DNA of 60,743 nucleotides, counting the filler, from Sphacelaria rigidula (Eukaryota), in the NCBI GenBank assembly GCA_964200075.2. It is 4 parts of 4 records of this genome, joined end to end, with 100 filler letters (N's around TTAATTAATTAA, not from the genome) between each part and the next. Parts side by side here need not be neighbours in the genome. Positions count along the whole stretch, not along the records: positions 1 to 15,114 come from CAXNAA020001900.1; positions 15,215 to 30,328 come from CAXNAA020001901.1; 2 more parts are not named here. One strand, 5' to 3'. This document shows positions 12,307-25,100 of the stretch, piece after piece. Every line of letters begins with the position of its first letter. Positions within the stretch are counted from its first letter, which is position 1. The translations under genes were made by a program, and so were the position numbers. The notes below the pieces were generated by a model that saw only the letters and a program-made list of their open reading frames with translations, was not told where the DNA came from and searched no databases.

Positions 12307-12851
12307 TGGAAGTAATGTGTTGATGGGTGCGGGTTTTTGTTTGCCAGTTTTTTCGCCATTATCAGCATGAAGGTACTACGGTATTTCCTATTGTAGCCAA
12401 TTAGTGGTGGGTATCCGTTGCTTTTTCGGACTATCGCTCGATGCCACGTGTTCAATCCATGCCCGCTGACGGTCGTTCTATTTCAAAGCTTTGTTGAGAC
12501 CCATCAACATGTTGTGTTTCCAGGAGTACTAGACTTTTTTGTTTGTTTGCTGTTTTGTCGTTTGTATATATTGTATGGTCGCCTAGAGCCAACTTACTTT
12601 TGCTATTGTATCACCTTGTGCCGGAGGTTCCAATGCCAAGGTCTACCCGTAGAGTCATCCTGGTCCCATGATCCACCACGTTTTTAGTGTCCATTCTAGA
12701 CTTTGTTGTGGTCGCGCTACTTAGCGTATCTAGTAGATGTAGTGATGTCTTCGAATCCCTCTCATATCTCAGCACCCTGGGAAATTGAAAATATCGGATC
12801 AGCTCACTGAATTTTCTCTCGGGAGCAGCATGTACTTTCGTTTTGTATTTA

Positions 12852-13261
12852 AAACGGGATTTTACAATTTGGGGATGGATTATTTGTTGGGAATGAGAAC
12901 CCGGAGAATTAAAATCTTCGAAACATGGTTCCATTTCTGCACTTGCTGGTAGCTATTGACAACTACTGCACGCCATACAAATTTGGATTCTGGAAATCGA
13001 AATGTCGGGGTCCTAGGTGAAAAACCAATTTTGGGGGATTTAGGTGATGCGATCGGACGCCAAAATTGGTTTTTCATCTAGGACCCCGACATTTTGGTTA
13101 CCGAAATCCAAATTCGTATGGCGTGTAGCAGTTGTCAATAGCTACCAGCAAGTGAAGAAATGGAACCATACTTCGAAAATTTGGTGTGGATACGAAGATT
13201 TTGATTCTCCGGGTTCTCATCCCCAATAAAAAAAACATTCCCAGTCTGTAAAATCCCGTTT
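12852..13261. mobile_element. Foldback MITE (~185-205-bp inverted arms) with TA flanks, Tc1/mariner-like
   Basis: TA|AAACGGGATTTTACA...TGTAAAATCCCGTTT|TA. The arms pair along their length around a ~25-nt loop; the right arm carries a ~20-nt insertion. Confidence 0.85.
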
Positions 13262-13809
13262 TATTTGCCGAAGGTCGCATGGCACTGCTGCAAACTGACG
13301 CGCGGTGCAGTATGTCGGCTCACGTTGAGTAGTGCTAGGTCGGAGTAGATGGTGCACTTCATGTTGGTAACGAAAGTTATCCTCTTCATTTGACATCTCG
13401 TTTTCCTCGGGCAGCTTCTTGTTTTTATTATCTCTGCTGTCCGCCCCGAATATTTTTGTCGGCCAAGTTGCCTAGTCCGTTGGCGTTTTCCTGCACTCAG
13501 TGCCACAGGTCCGTAACATAGACCCCACTTCGCCAGCAGGAACCACTTTTCTTTCCTTGTTCTTTTGTTTCACTATAAATTTCCCGTGTCACAGATCAGT
13601 CAGTAGTGGAGGTAGAGACTGTCTTGGTGACACAAGTGGTGGTACAATTTTCCCCCAGGCTCCGATATGTTGTTGGGTCTTCGTCAGCGAAAATAGAAAA
13701 AGTGTGCCATTTCATTGAGATGGGTTAGTCACCGCTCGATCGATTGACTCTCGACAGCTGATCTCATCCCACGGAGCTACTCTTGCGCCACTCGATGTAT
13801 CTCCGTGTA

Positions 13810-14110
13810 AGCTAGCTGATCCCGTGAGCTCTATCGTCATCTGCGGCATTCAAAGATCGATGTTGCGTCGTAATACAACAAGCGACAGGAGAAACGCCGG
13901 AACTGCTGCAGATTCCAAGTAAAATACGATCGTGTCACAATATAAATCTCGCACCACTCCACATATCCCTGTGCAGGCAAGATGATCCCGTGAGCACTCC
14001 CATGTCTCTTGAGCAGTTAGTTAATCTCTCCTGCAGTGAGTGAAAATCGATGTTGTGCTTTCAGACGACAAAAGGAACGGCGGACCTGCCGCAGATCCTA
14101 AATTTTTACA
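13810..14110 (+). repeat. Diverged direct duplication / repeat fragments
   Basis: TGATCCCGTGAGC...ATCGATGTTG...GGAACTGCTGCAGATTCC (13817-13920) recurs as TGATCCCGTGAGC...ATCGATGTTG...GGACCTGCCGCAGATCC (13983-14100). Confidence 0.6.
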
Positions 14111-15114
14111 CTGATGGGTAACCCCTTGGTCGATCGATCTGGTCTCAGCCCATAGTGCAAACCTTGCGCCACTTTACGTTTTTGCGTAGGGTATATAATT
14201 CATTTGTGAGCTAGCTCTATCTTACGTCTTTCCAGCAGCTATCGTCTCTTTCCGCACGCGAAATTCGATTTTTCGTTCTCAGACAGAATTTCACGTACAT
14301 GGGACCCTGAATACGAAACACCGCGGTTTCGGCTATAATACGACGCCGTAGAAACCATGCAATACAAACGAGCGATCGTTCGCACACGGTTAGCTCACCC
14401 ATAGGGACTCGACTTAGCCCGTGGAAACAAGATGGGTGACTTGTCCCGAAAGAAGTCGATTCGCAAACAGGCGGGCCAAGAACGGTAACCAGGGTGAGAC
14501 AGGGTGCTTCTTATCTTCCTACTTCCGACACCCAAAACCTTACATACCAACGGCAACATGAACCGAAATAAACCAACTACTGAGTATCATGCACATGAAG
14601 ATCCACTGCAGCCATGATCAGTCATGCAGACTTTCAAACCTGGCCAACACGAAACAGTACACTGCGGAGTAACTCCGGAATCACCGACAATCCTTATTCT
14701 AGTGTCTTGCAGTAAATATGTTGATCTGCACAGGCCAGGACCTTGATGTCTGGATCTTCTAGTGGAATCCATACCTTGCGCGTAGGGTATATATTGCAGA
14801 TTTTTTAATGAGCGTTATTCCGCGGTCGGGGGGATGGAGGAATGGGGAGGACGGGTTCAGGCCACTTGTACATGAAGGAATTATTTTAAAGTGCCGCTCG
14901 AAGCAGCGGGATTTTTTTGAACGCTCTTCGTGTCAATCAACACAACACACGCATTCATACCGTTGACAGTTTTGCAGCCACATGAAAGCACGCAGTGAGT
15001 GTGTGAGGTCGTATAGCACACCTATGATGCCCAGTCTTTTGCGCAATGAAAAACACTCTTCAACAGCCGATCATCTATGTTGAGGATGGAGATTTTCATT
15101 GAGGATGAGAACCC

Positions 15115-15214
15115 NNNNNNNNNNNNNNNNNNNNNNNNNNNNNNNNNNNNNNNNNNNNTTAATTAATTAANNNNNNNNNNNNNNNNNNNNNNNNNNNNNN
15201 NNNNNNNNNNNNNN
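15115..15214. other. Artificial contig-joining linker
   Basis: N44-TTAATTAATTAA-N44; the 12-mer places stops in all six frames. Confidence 0.97.
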
Positions 15215-15335
15215 GGCACAAGCCGGGAAAAGCTGGTCATGCACGTGCTGCTCAGTACAGTACTTACTATCGTCATTATCCATCTGATCAGGGGGGTACC
15301 TACCCATCCAAAATGGGGTACCCCCCCACCCCTCG
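15215..15335 (+). repeat. Dispersed repeat, copy 2 (see 4750-4870), at a contig start
   Basis: Homology to 4750-4870. Confidence 0.8.
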
Positions 15336-16126
15336 CCCATATTGAGCTTTTCGGGAATTGGGGGCAGTGAACGCCGTATTCCAGTCAGTAAGGCCCCTTG
15401 CTGTAATGGCCGGGATGGAACAAATGAAAAATGAAAATACTGGAACAAGACGATAGTCGCCACGCTCTTGTCCGCGACGAATGTTACAAAGGAAACCTTC
15501 TACGCGCACCGCAAAGGGACAGTTGAATAAAACAAAGCAAAATAGAACGCCCACAAACTTAGCACCACTGTCGACAGGCTACTCATTCCCGGTCACCTGC
15601 AATTCATCACTGGCGGTTTCGCCATGCACGTGTGCCATCGATTCCGAGTAATCGTACAAGCTCGACGAGAACACAGCAAGTGAAACAGTTTTACTTGATA
15701 CAGAGCCACAATTCCAACCGACAAAAAAAAATCCTAGATTTTTCCTCGCCGGGTTATTTCACTTAGAGATAATTTCGGAGATGATGTCATGATTGAAAAC
15801 AGCTACCATGGCTAATGCCATGTCCGCAGCCGATTTTTTCGCAATCAGAGCACCAGCCGAAGGTGTCGAGCAATCCGAAACCAACCTGCAACTTGGTTCT
15901 TACAAGCTTCAACTGAAAAAAGGCGAGACACCCCCTCCTTTCCCCCGTCAAAAAGTCCGACCGAATTGACAGATCCACCCCGTGACGTGATTCACGTCCT
16001 CAAGTCCTTGCGCTCCAAAGGGCGATGGATAGCACCAGCCGTCGAACGAGGAATATCGGCCACTCAGATTTCTCCAATTTTCTTCGCCCAATAACAAAAC
16101 TGCATTCCAATTTACGTCATGTGCGT

Positions 16127-19100
16127 CTAGTGCGTGAATTGCCGCCGATCCCCTGCTGCCCTTTGTCCGTAGGGGTTCGTGGCACTAAACGCATGCCCGC
16201 CACCTCCACCCCCCGGGCTTTTTCTCTTCGCCTTGTCTTTTTCCTTGCCACCACCTCGCCCCTTCTGCCCCCTTGCGCTCAGCTTGAGGTCCACCTGCAT
16301 GAAGGGAAGATGACGAAAAACTGAAATATTTTCCAGTACCGGAGTCCCACAGTATCAACCTCTGGCATGGGTGAACTTTGCGACAAGGCATTATTGCTGG
16401 CGCCAAATTAGCGATTGAAGGATTTGGAACCCATGCACGCTGCTCGGACCTTCCAAAACTGTAAAATCCGTCATCACTTCTCGACCTCTGTTGTAACGGG
16501 TGTGCATGCCATGCACTGGAACAAATGGACCGTTTTCTAGTACGAAGTACGACGCATCATGTAGATACCACGAGAGCGTTCGGTCAACATGAAACTTTAC
16601 AATCTGACTCGAGACACAAAGCGGGCAGGGTTACCGAACATCAACCAACATGCATTGTGATCCGGCTATCGTCTCGTTGCACTCACCCTCGGGGGAACAG
16701 CGAAACCAAACGCCCTAGCCACCGCCTGCAAATCAAGCTCGTGGACGTCGTAGATATTCTTGAGGGAGTGCGACGAATACGCGAGGAGATACGATCGGTA
16801 CGCCTGCTCGTATAGACAACAAAAACGCACGTTGATTGAAGGCACGACGTGACTGCTGATGCATTGAAAGTCATGTATCTTCTCCCATGATTCCACGGCC
16901 ATGGAACACATCAAAATGAACATCAATATTGGACGCCGTGACACAATCGTGCAACATATACACTAGCGACTTCACGCTTTACACCATGACACCAAGCTGA
17001 CGATACAGAAAAAAACAACGCGCCTCTTCCAAGCGTTGCGGCGGCAAGTGTGGTAGTGCTCAACGACAGGGTGTTGCTCTTAACTGTAAAAATGTAATGA
17101 CAAGTAGTTATAAGACCGTTGCGCCCACATGGCCGGAGACGTCGCGATAGTCGACCCATGGTCCCGCACCCGCCTGAGCGGCAAAGGTTGTATGGTTATC
17201 GGTCATTGTTGCTCACCTCACGCGCAGATTTGTTGAGGTAGTAATTTTTTTCAATCAGCCGAGCGAGCTGCGCTTGGACGTTCGCCACTTTCTTCACCGG
17301 AAACTCGTATTCGTTCAATCTCGCCTGTTGGGGTAGGGTGTAGGATGTGCACCGCCAGAAAGAGAACAGGCATGGTACTTGGCGTGAACAAGCTTCTCTG
17401 TCTCGAGTGTTACACACCATACGAAGCACTTCTTTGGATGAAGGATATGTACGGCACTCGTCACGTCCCGACTGACACGATGAACCAGATGTTTTTCATG
17501 CATTGGCGACCAGTGCTTGAATTCGACAACATCAAAGGTGGGCTCATTGAAAGCTTCTAAATCAAGGGAGACGAAGCTCACCTTCGCGGCTCTGAGATAT
17601 CGCAGGAACCCAACCTCTTCCGGAAGGAGAAAGAGCAAAGCCCTGCAAAACCGCGCAAGCCAAAACGGACCAAAAATAATGCACGCGAGTGGCTTTTGAG
17701 CACGCACGTCGATGGAGACGCAATACCGAGCGCAGAACGCGCGGCAAAAAAAATAGTTGCCAACACGACGGTCCACTGACGCTTTAACCGCTGTGAGGCG
17801 GTTGCAATTGTATCATCATACTCGGACAGGACTGCTCCTGCGGAACGACGGCATTATCACAAGTGTTGAGATGTACGTCAGATTCACCTTCCCTTAGAGC
17901 TCGGAAATGGTACCAGTTATAACTAGCCATTATCATTATAATGGTAATGATGGTAATGGTTATATGAAAAAATTGGAGATTGGTTTTAAACCATCATTTA
18001 CCGTTACCGGCTTTAGAAGCCATTACTGGCCAAGTACGATTCATACAACCCTATAAAATTGGCGAAACTTTTTCGTGTCTTCGAGCTCTAGTGGAGCCAA
18101 ATTGCGTGAAAACCTGCCTCCGGCACGGCGCCTCCACTGGGGCCCTCCGGGGGCGCCTCCGGCTGGACCTTCTCTACCGGGGAGAGATTTTTGGCTCGCG
18201 GTTGCGGCCCCCGATGAACAAACCATTATGTATAATTTAACTGGTTGATGAGTGCGTTACGCGTAACCACTCAACTGGTTAATGGTTAGACAAACCATTT
18301 CCGAGCCCTACCTTCCCTGACCGCTCTGTCCCCTAGCCGTTCGCCCAACCCTGTGTATGTATTCTGCAGTTTGATCCGGCGGGTCGTATTGAATGATCCA
18401 GTCCACTGAAGGGATATCAAGCCCACGCGCGGCCACATCCGTACAGAGCAGGACTCCCGTGTCCTGAACGTGACAAGCATATCGGAAATTGTGGCACAAC
18501 TCGTCGGGCTTGCGGCAAAAATGGTCTTCTTCTGCCATCTACACCCTATATTCCACATCCATATGGAGCTTGTGAGAGAGAGATCGACTGCGTGCTGGAT
18601 CCGTCTCGTGGCAGGCTTCACCGAGAGACAACGTTTCCAACGCTTGCCGCATGATACACAGGTAGATCCTCGCGTAGTGCTCGGTTCAACAGCAGACCAT
18701 GTTGGCACACACGACGAGTGTACAAAATAAAGGATTAAGAACATCAGTGAAAACTGTGATGAACAATACACGTGACAGAACTGCCTTGACACATGTGTTG
18801 TCACCGAAGCTCATTTCGTGTGATCGGGGGACTCGCCTCCTCCAGTGCCAACCCTACTTCATGAACAAAACTTTTTACTTCCGCATCATGCCCATCAAGC
18901 GCGCAATGTTCATGTAAATCATCGACCCTGTTCACACATGTACGCTTGACACCGGGGGGAAGCTCACCTGTCGGCAGAACTGAAAGAACGAAGTGGTGCG
19001 CTTCTGTTGTTTTTGTTTCCCATGAATGTCCATGACAGGGACGTCGATGTAGTTCAGAAGCTCCGAGTGGAACTTGACGGAGTTGCACGACGAGAAGAAT

Positions 19101-22100
19101 ACCTGATGAGCCCCGATCATATAAACAAGAACAAAAACAAGGCAAGTGTCATTGCCATTATCATCATCATCACGACTCTGACACACCGAATACCACCAAC
19201 TGGCGCAAAAGCCAGCCGTCAACGGGTCAAATATTCCGAGCGTCAAAATATCGTAGTACCCCGTGGCCGCCCAGCCGACTTCAGTGTAGGGAGATGAGGT
19301 GTAGGCTGGCATCCTCCTGTTTTTTCTTGTATTAATCCTCACGGCTGACAATGGTGTTTCTCTCTCACCATGATCTTCTTGTGGCGATTCTTCTTCAGGA
19401 ACGTGAACAGGAGCAAGAAGCGCTTCTCGCTCGGACATACCACATACCCCTGCCGAGACAAAAAAAGCCATGTGGGAGAGGGAGAGAGGATGATTAGATA
19501 TTGCACCGCACCGAGTGCACACGTACATGCAAATGAGCAAACAAGGCATGCCACGCCGCGGAATCGACCAACCCATACCCATAGGTGAAGAGCCCTGGAT
19601 CTGTGTGCACGCGCAAGTCTACATCTCGGGGCTCCATTACACTATTTTTCACCTAACCTTCCACCGAACGTTTCGAGCAATCCAAAAAAATGCTGAGATC
19701 ACACGACAGCCCTTCCAAAAGACATTTAGACAAATGTGAGCCTGCTTCAAAATTCCGTTGTGGCACAGGGGTGCACTCTAGTTCCTAACGTGTCCACAGA
19801 AATCCCGAAACAAGGGGCTTAAAAAGCATTCAAGTATCAAAAGATACCTGCTCCAATCCATCCACCGTGCTCTCTTGCTCAGAGTCGTCTACACCCACGT
19901 AAGCAGGTTTATTCTTGATGGATAGTCGGGCCAGATCCTCCACCTGAGCAACGAGTACGTGTTAGCAGTATGCGCGGTGATTTTGTTGGTCCAGTGGAAC
20001 ACATGAGAGTACACTGGGCGTCAAAGTATCTTCGGAATGACACTACATAGCAGTGCTTCCCGCACAGCTCCTACAGCTTTTCTATTGCGATGAGACACCC
20101 GTCACCGTCACTCTCATGTTGCAGCCTTAAGAGTGCTTTTGCCAACGGGAAAGCATACCAGGGAAGCGACAACACCGGATCTCTTTTGCCACGCCTGCGA
20201 CACGCACGTGCACCCATCGAAGCTATCAAAGAGCTATATTTAACCCTTGACATGAAAAGCGCGGCGGCGGCGACGGAGGATTGCTACCATCTTTCATACA
20301 AGATATTTCTTTACAAATGGAGCTGCTCAATGACGCCGTCTAGCGACAGTGCAGGTTGCACAGGACGTCTGACCTTTTTTGTCTGTGTGGCACTGAAGAG
20401 CATGGTTTGCCTCTCCTTCGGCAAGAGCTTGATGATCTGATGCATTTCTTCCTCAAATCCTTGCTCCAAGATGCGATCGGCCTCATCTATCACAAGCATC
20501 TGCATGTTGCGGAAAAGAAAGCCCTTCGTGTTCTGCAGGTGGAGGGCACGATGCCACGATAGCGCAGGCACGACGCGGGCAGTGAGAGTTGGCAAGGGCA
20601 CACTTGAACGAGCGCACGGTGCGGGAACTGACTGGCACAAGTGTATGGGTTTTTTTAGCAACGGCATGACAACAAAATGTGCCTAGGTGGCCCTCAAAAA
20701 CGAGTGCACATGATAGTCGTGCCGTGTGCAGAAACATCATGAAAAGTATTCGAGGTCAACAAATTATGGGCAGTAACCGCGAAACATTCATCATACTGTG
20801 TCCTTCCACGGTGGCTTATTTGCCTATATGAAAATCCATCACGCCTACATTCAACTGTAGTAGCAGCACCTGAAGGTGGTCAAGAAGACGACCAGGCGTG
20901 ACGACGAGGATGTTTACTCCTTTCACCAGTCGCTCCGCCTCCGCTGTGGAACACGAATGCCATAGGACAATCAATGCAAATGAAGGAAAAAACAAAGCGA
21001 AGAGGCGAACATCCTAGAGTTGGCAAAGTGCAATAAGTTGGCAATAAAGTGGAGTGCCATTCAAGTCGTTGCCGAACGCAGCAAAGGATGGCGTCGGCGT
21101 CGTACAGACCACTTTCAGCGTGGGAACATGTCGCCGAAATAAGTACACATTATTAACTTTCGACAGAAGCGATCTCATGCCGCCTTGGGAAATTGCGACA
21201 TCTCCTCGAGGATTTAAGGATATGTGCCAAAGCTCGCAGGGGAAACATTGACCATGACCCAACTACTCAAGAATATAAGGTTCTGGAGAGGGAACACCAG
21301 CAGCCTGGCGCACCCATTCCATCAGATATTGTATACCTTCGAGGCAATAAAAGCACATACCTCCTTCGTTTTTCAAAGGAGAGAAGATGCAGTGTCTCAA
21401 AATTAAACCGAGGGCGCGCCGCCAATACTTCTACAATATTATGGTGTACATTTTTTGTACCTCTGCGATTTGCTCCTCCGATGAGCAGGCCATGCGTTTG
21501 CTTCATGTTGCCGGCCTCGACAACGTCCCTGAGTACCCCGTACGTCTGCAACGATAGCTCTCGAGTAGGGCTTATGATTATGCAGGCTGTCCCGTTCCTG
21601 TGGGACCACTTCACCTTGTGGAGAAGCTGCACGAAAATAAGTCGGAACCAAAGGGGGCGGCAGAGGCACATGTTGAGGGCATGATTAAACTTGTCTGGAG
21701 GCGCATTCAATGCGACTGACTTCAACGCAAGGAGGCGATCTAAACACTATGCCTGCCAAAAGACATGAAATTACATGACTATCGTTTCCATCCGTGGGCA
21801 GATCGTGCCATGAGATTACATTACTTGTATGATAGTATCGTATCGTGGTCAGCGGTGGCGAGAGAAGATCACCATGTACTACAACTTATCTGCCGTGAGA
21901 GTTTCCGCTGCTTGCGTTGTAAGGATGGTCAAGTGCAATGCCGAATATGGCTGCCTACCCTGGTCGTAATTCTTGCGGTGTTAGCATTCACCGTTGTGCG
22001 TCATTGTACTGTAGACAAACAAGCTTACACAACGTGTATTTCACCTCAAGAACTGGCAGGAGGAAGGCAAGCGTCTTTCCCGATCCTGTCTTGGCAGCAC

Positions 22101-25100
22101 CCACCAAATCTTCGCCTGCCAGCAACGGGGGAATGGCCTGAGCCTGCAGCACACAGCACAGTGTCAAGTCAAAACAAGCAGTACGGAAATCTCGTCAATG
22201 CAGGCCTACCCTGACTCCTGTGACCGCATCCTCGGTCACTATAACAAGGACGCGGCTGTATTTGGTGCGCCTTCGTGAATTTCGGCACCTACAGTTATAG
22301 ATCACATCGAACGGTTCCCAATTCCAAGCATCATTTCCACAGGCTGGATTGGCTGAACTCGACGGGAGATGGAAAATGAAACAGTCGAAACGGTCAGCAT
22401 GACAGCAGCACAACAAAAGTACATGCTCATCACCCGAAAACATAACTTGCCCACTCGACAGATGACTGACCCACCGCCGCTCACACCCACCTGGATTTTG
22501 GTTTGCATCGTAAATTTCAATGTGCGGAGCGCAGTTCGCATGTTGTCTGACAGCGGGAGATTATCGAACTTTTCGCTCGAAAAGAAGCCTTTCTTTGTTC
22601 CCTCTTTTTTTTCTTCTGCGACCCCGTCCACATCTTCCACATCTTCCGCTGCTGCCTTGCTCGCTTTCTCCTCCGTCACAGGTGGGCGCTTCCCTTTCTT
22701 GACCTTTTTCGACCCGGGTACTGCAGGCTCGGCGTCATCTCGCTGACGCTTTTGTGCCTTCCCCTCAGCCTGCCGTACGCCGACACATGCAGGTACGGAG
22801 TGATATTTATATCCAGTGTGAACTCAATTGCGACGAGATAAGGCCAACCATCGGCGACGATTCACACAGCCAGGTCCAAGGGGTGGCCTGACTCATATCT
22901 CGAGGCTCCTCTCCCTGGTCCCCACACACATCTCTTGATGAGAAACGAAGACCTTCCGTATTGATCCGACGGCAGCTCTAAACCTCTAGCAACGGCGACC
23001 TATCAACAGCCGAAGAGCATCTTGGAGGATTATCACCAGTAGCCGATCAACGACATCACAAGACATACCAAGGAAGCAAAATGTTGGCTGCTCAGTATGC
23101 ACATCTATGGAGGTCACAACAAACTACATCCTGCAGTTTCACGGTGGTTCAGCCCCGCCAACTGTCGGCAAAATATTTCACAACCACAGGAAAGTATCGT
23201 AGTACGGAGTACAATGAAAATGCATCATAGGCACTAGTCTGTATGCGCAACACCCTCCGCAGCCAGAAGGAGCTTCAGGCATAATGCGGATGCAGCAGTG
23301 ACATGCATCGGGAATGTCCACAGCAAGGACTTGCTTGTGGTGACACTGCCGATCGCTCCTGTCATGTGCTGCCTAGATATAGATAGCATGGGTGGGCAGG
23401 CAAAGCACGCTTCTCGTCGGTGGGAATGTATACCGGAAACAGTTCCGCCCCTTGATCACCGTCAACTAATTAACCTGCGCTAGAATCTCATACAGAAAGT
23501 CCGACGATAGGTTGGGTAGGGTATGTACTTTTGAATACTTGGGTAAAATACGCGAGTGTTTACTCTACCCAAGATTTGGGTAAATTGGATACGACCTCAA
23601 ATACTCTGCAAAAATGTTGGGTAAGCACTCTCAGCAATACTTGTGTCTAGAGTATCACCTGGGTATGACCTCAATACTCTACACAAATTTAGGTAAGTTG
23701 GGGACGATCTGAAATACTCCACGAGCTAGGCCAGCAGTAAATCCCGCATTTGCATGTCACACCATAACTCATCAACTTTACCAAATCAAATCAGCCCGGC
23801 TTGAGTATATCGGTGTGACCTGCATACCAACATGGTAACGCACGCGGCCGCCACTGAATGGGAAAAAAAAAATGTACTGCATAATGCATCACCTAACCGA
23901 CGGAACGAAAAAAAGGGAATCCGTCGGGATTTGAACTCGTGACCTCTACAACTACTGGAGTCAACTGCATCACTTGGATTAAAGGAGCGCAGCCGTGCCA
24001 CACGAAAGGTTGGATGCTGCGCCAAATTTCTGGAATTTTTCGCCGAAATTGTACTAGGATCTCCTCCACACAAGGGCGCACAACTACACCTGGGATGCCC
24101 CGTATTTCTTTATTTTCACGGAGTTGAAGCATGTTTCCGGTTGTTGCATAAACTTTAAATCGCTCTAACTTCCTGTTTTTTTCTTGGCATCTTCGGGAAG
24201 GTTGTGCCTAGTGATGATATAAATGTTGTGTCAAAATTTCAGCGCCCAACGCTTCGGATTATCCACCGCCCGGCCCGGATACATTCGCAAATCACTGTCA
24301 GCTCGCCCAACTTGTACCCATTTTTGGGGTAAGTTGGGTACGACTTCAATACTATACCCAAATCTCGGATAAAGCCGTGTCTTCGCACATGATTTTCGAT
24401 CGTGAAGAAAATGCGGAGGAATTGATTCGAGCTAATTCGCTCATTTCTCGCGAATTGGGTCCAAGCTAATTTGCAAGCTTTCGATCGTAAAAATACAGTG
24501 CAATTACTTTTTCACTCGTCTACAGTATAGTGTGCCTGAGTTTGTGTGTGCGCGTGTTTCGTACAATAGGATGTGAAAGAGGACCAGGCAACGTGCAGTG
24601 CAGTCAGCGCAGGACCATCTACATCCTCTGCCCACAGTGCGACGTGAAAAGGACTTGAACAGCGTGCAGCTTTGTATTGCCGGCACTACCCATGAGAGTA
24701 CGCAAGTCGGTCGTTCACCATACCACGTAGTTCCATCACCGATCCCTACCATGAAACAAGATGCTCAAGTTTTCGCTCATATAAAATAACACATCATACC
24801 CAACTACGGCAGTGTATCCATCCCTGTGCCTAACTCGTGCTCGATGCTACAGGGCTGCAGTGATAGCTGAGAATGAGTTGAGTGGGGTTTGCATGGTTCT
24901 GTGAACGAGTGGAATCTGGCGTGGTGGTCTGCAAGATAGGAGACAGGTGCCTCTTCGTACCTTTCCTCCGCAATGCTTCGATCAAAAATGGTCAGGGGCA
25001 GGTCATTTAGGGTATGCACTTTTGGATACTCCGGTAAAATACCAGGGTATTCCCTCTGCCCAAGGTTTGGGTAGATCGGGCACGACCTCTAATCCTCCAC

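Noticed and set aside
15159-15170. TTAATTAATTAA as a biological motif (also 30373-30384 and 45584-45595)
   Set aside because: It is centred in identical N-runs and is a six-frame stop linker added during sequence concatenation.
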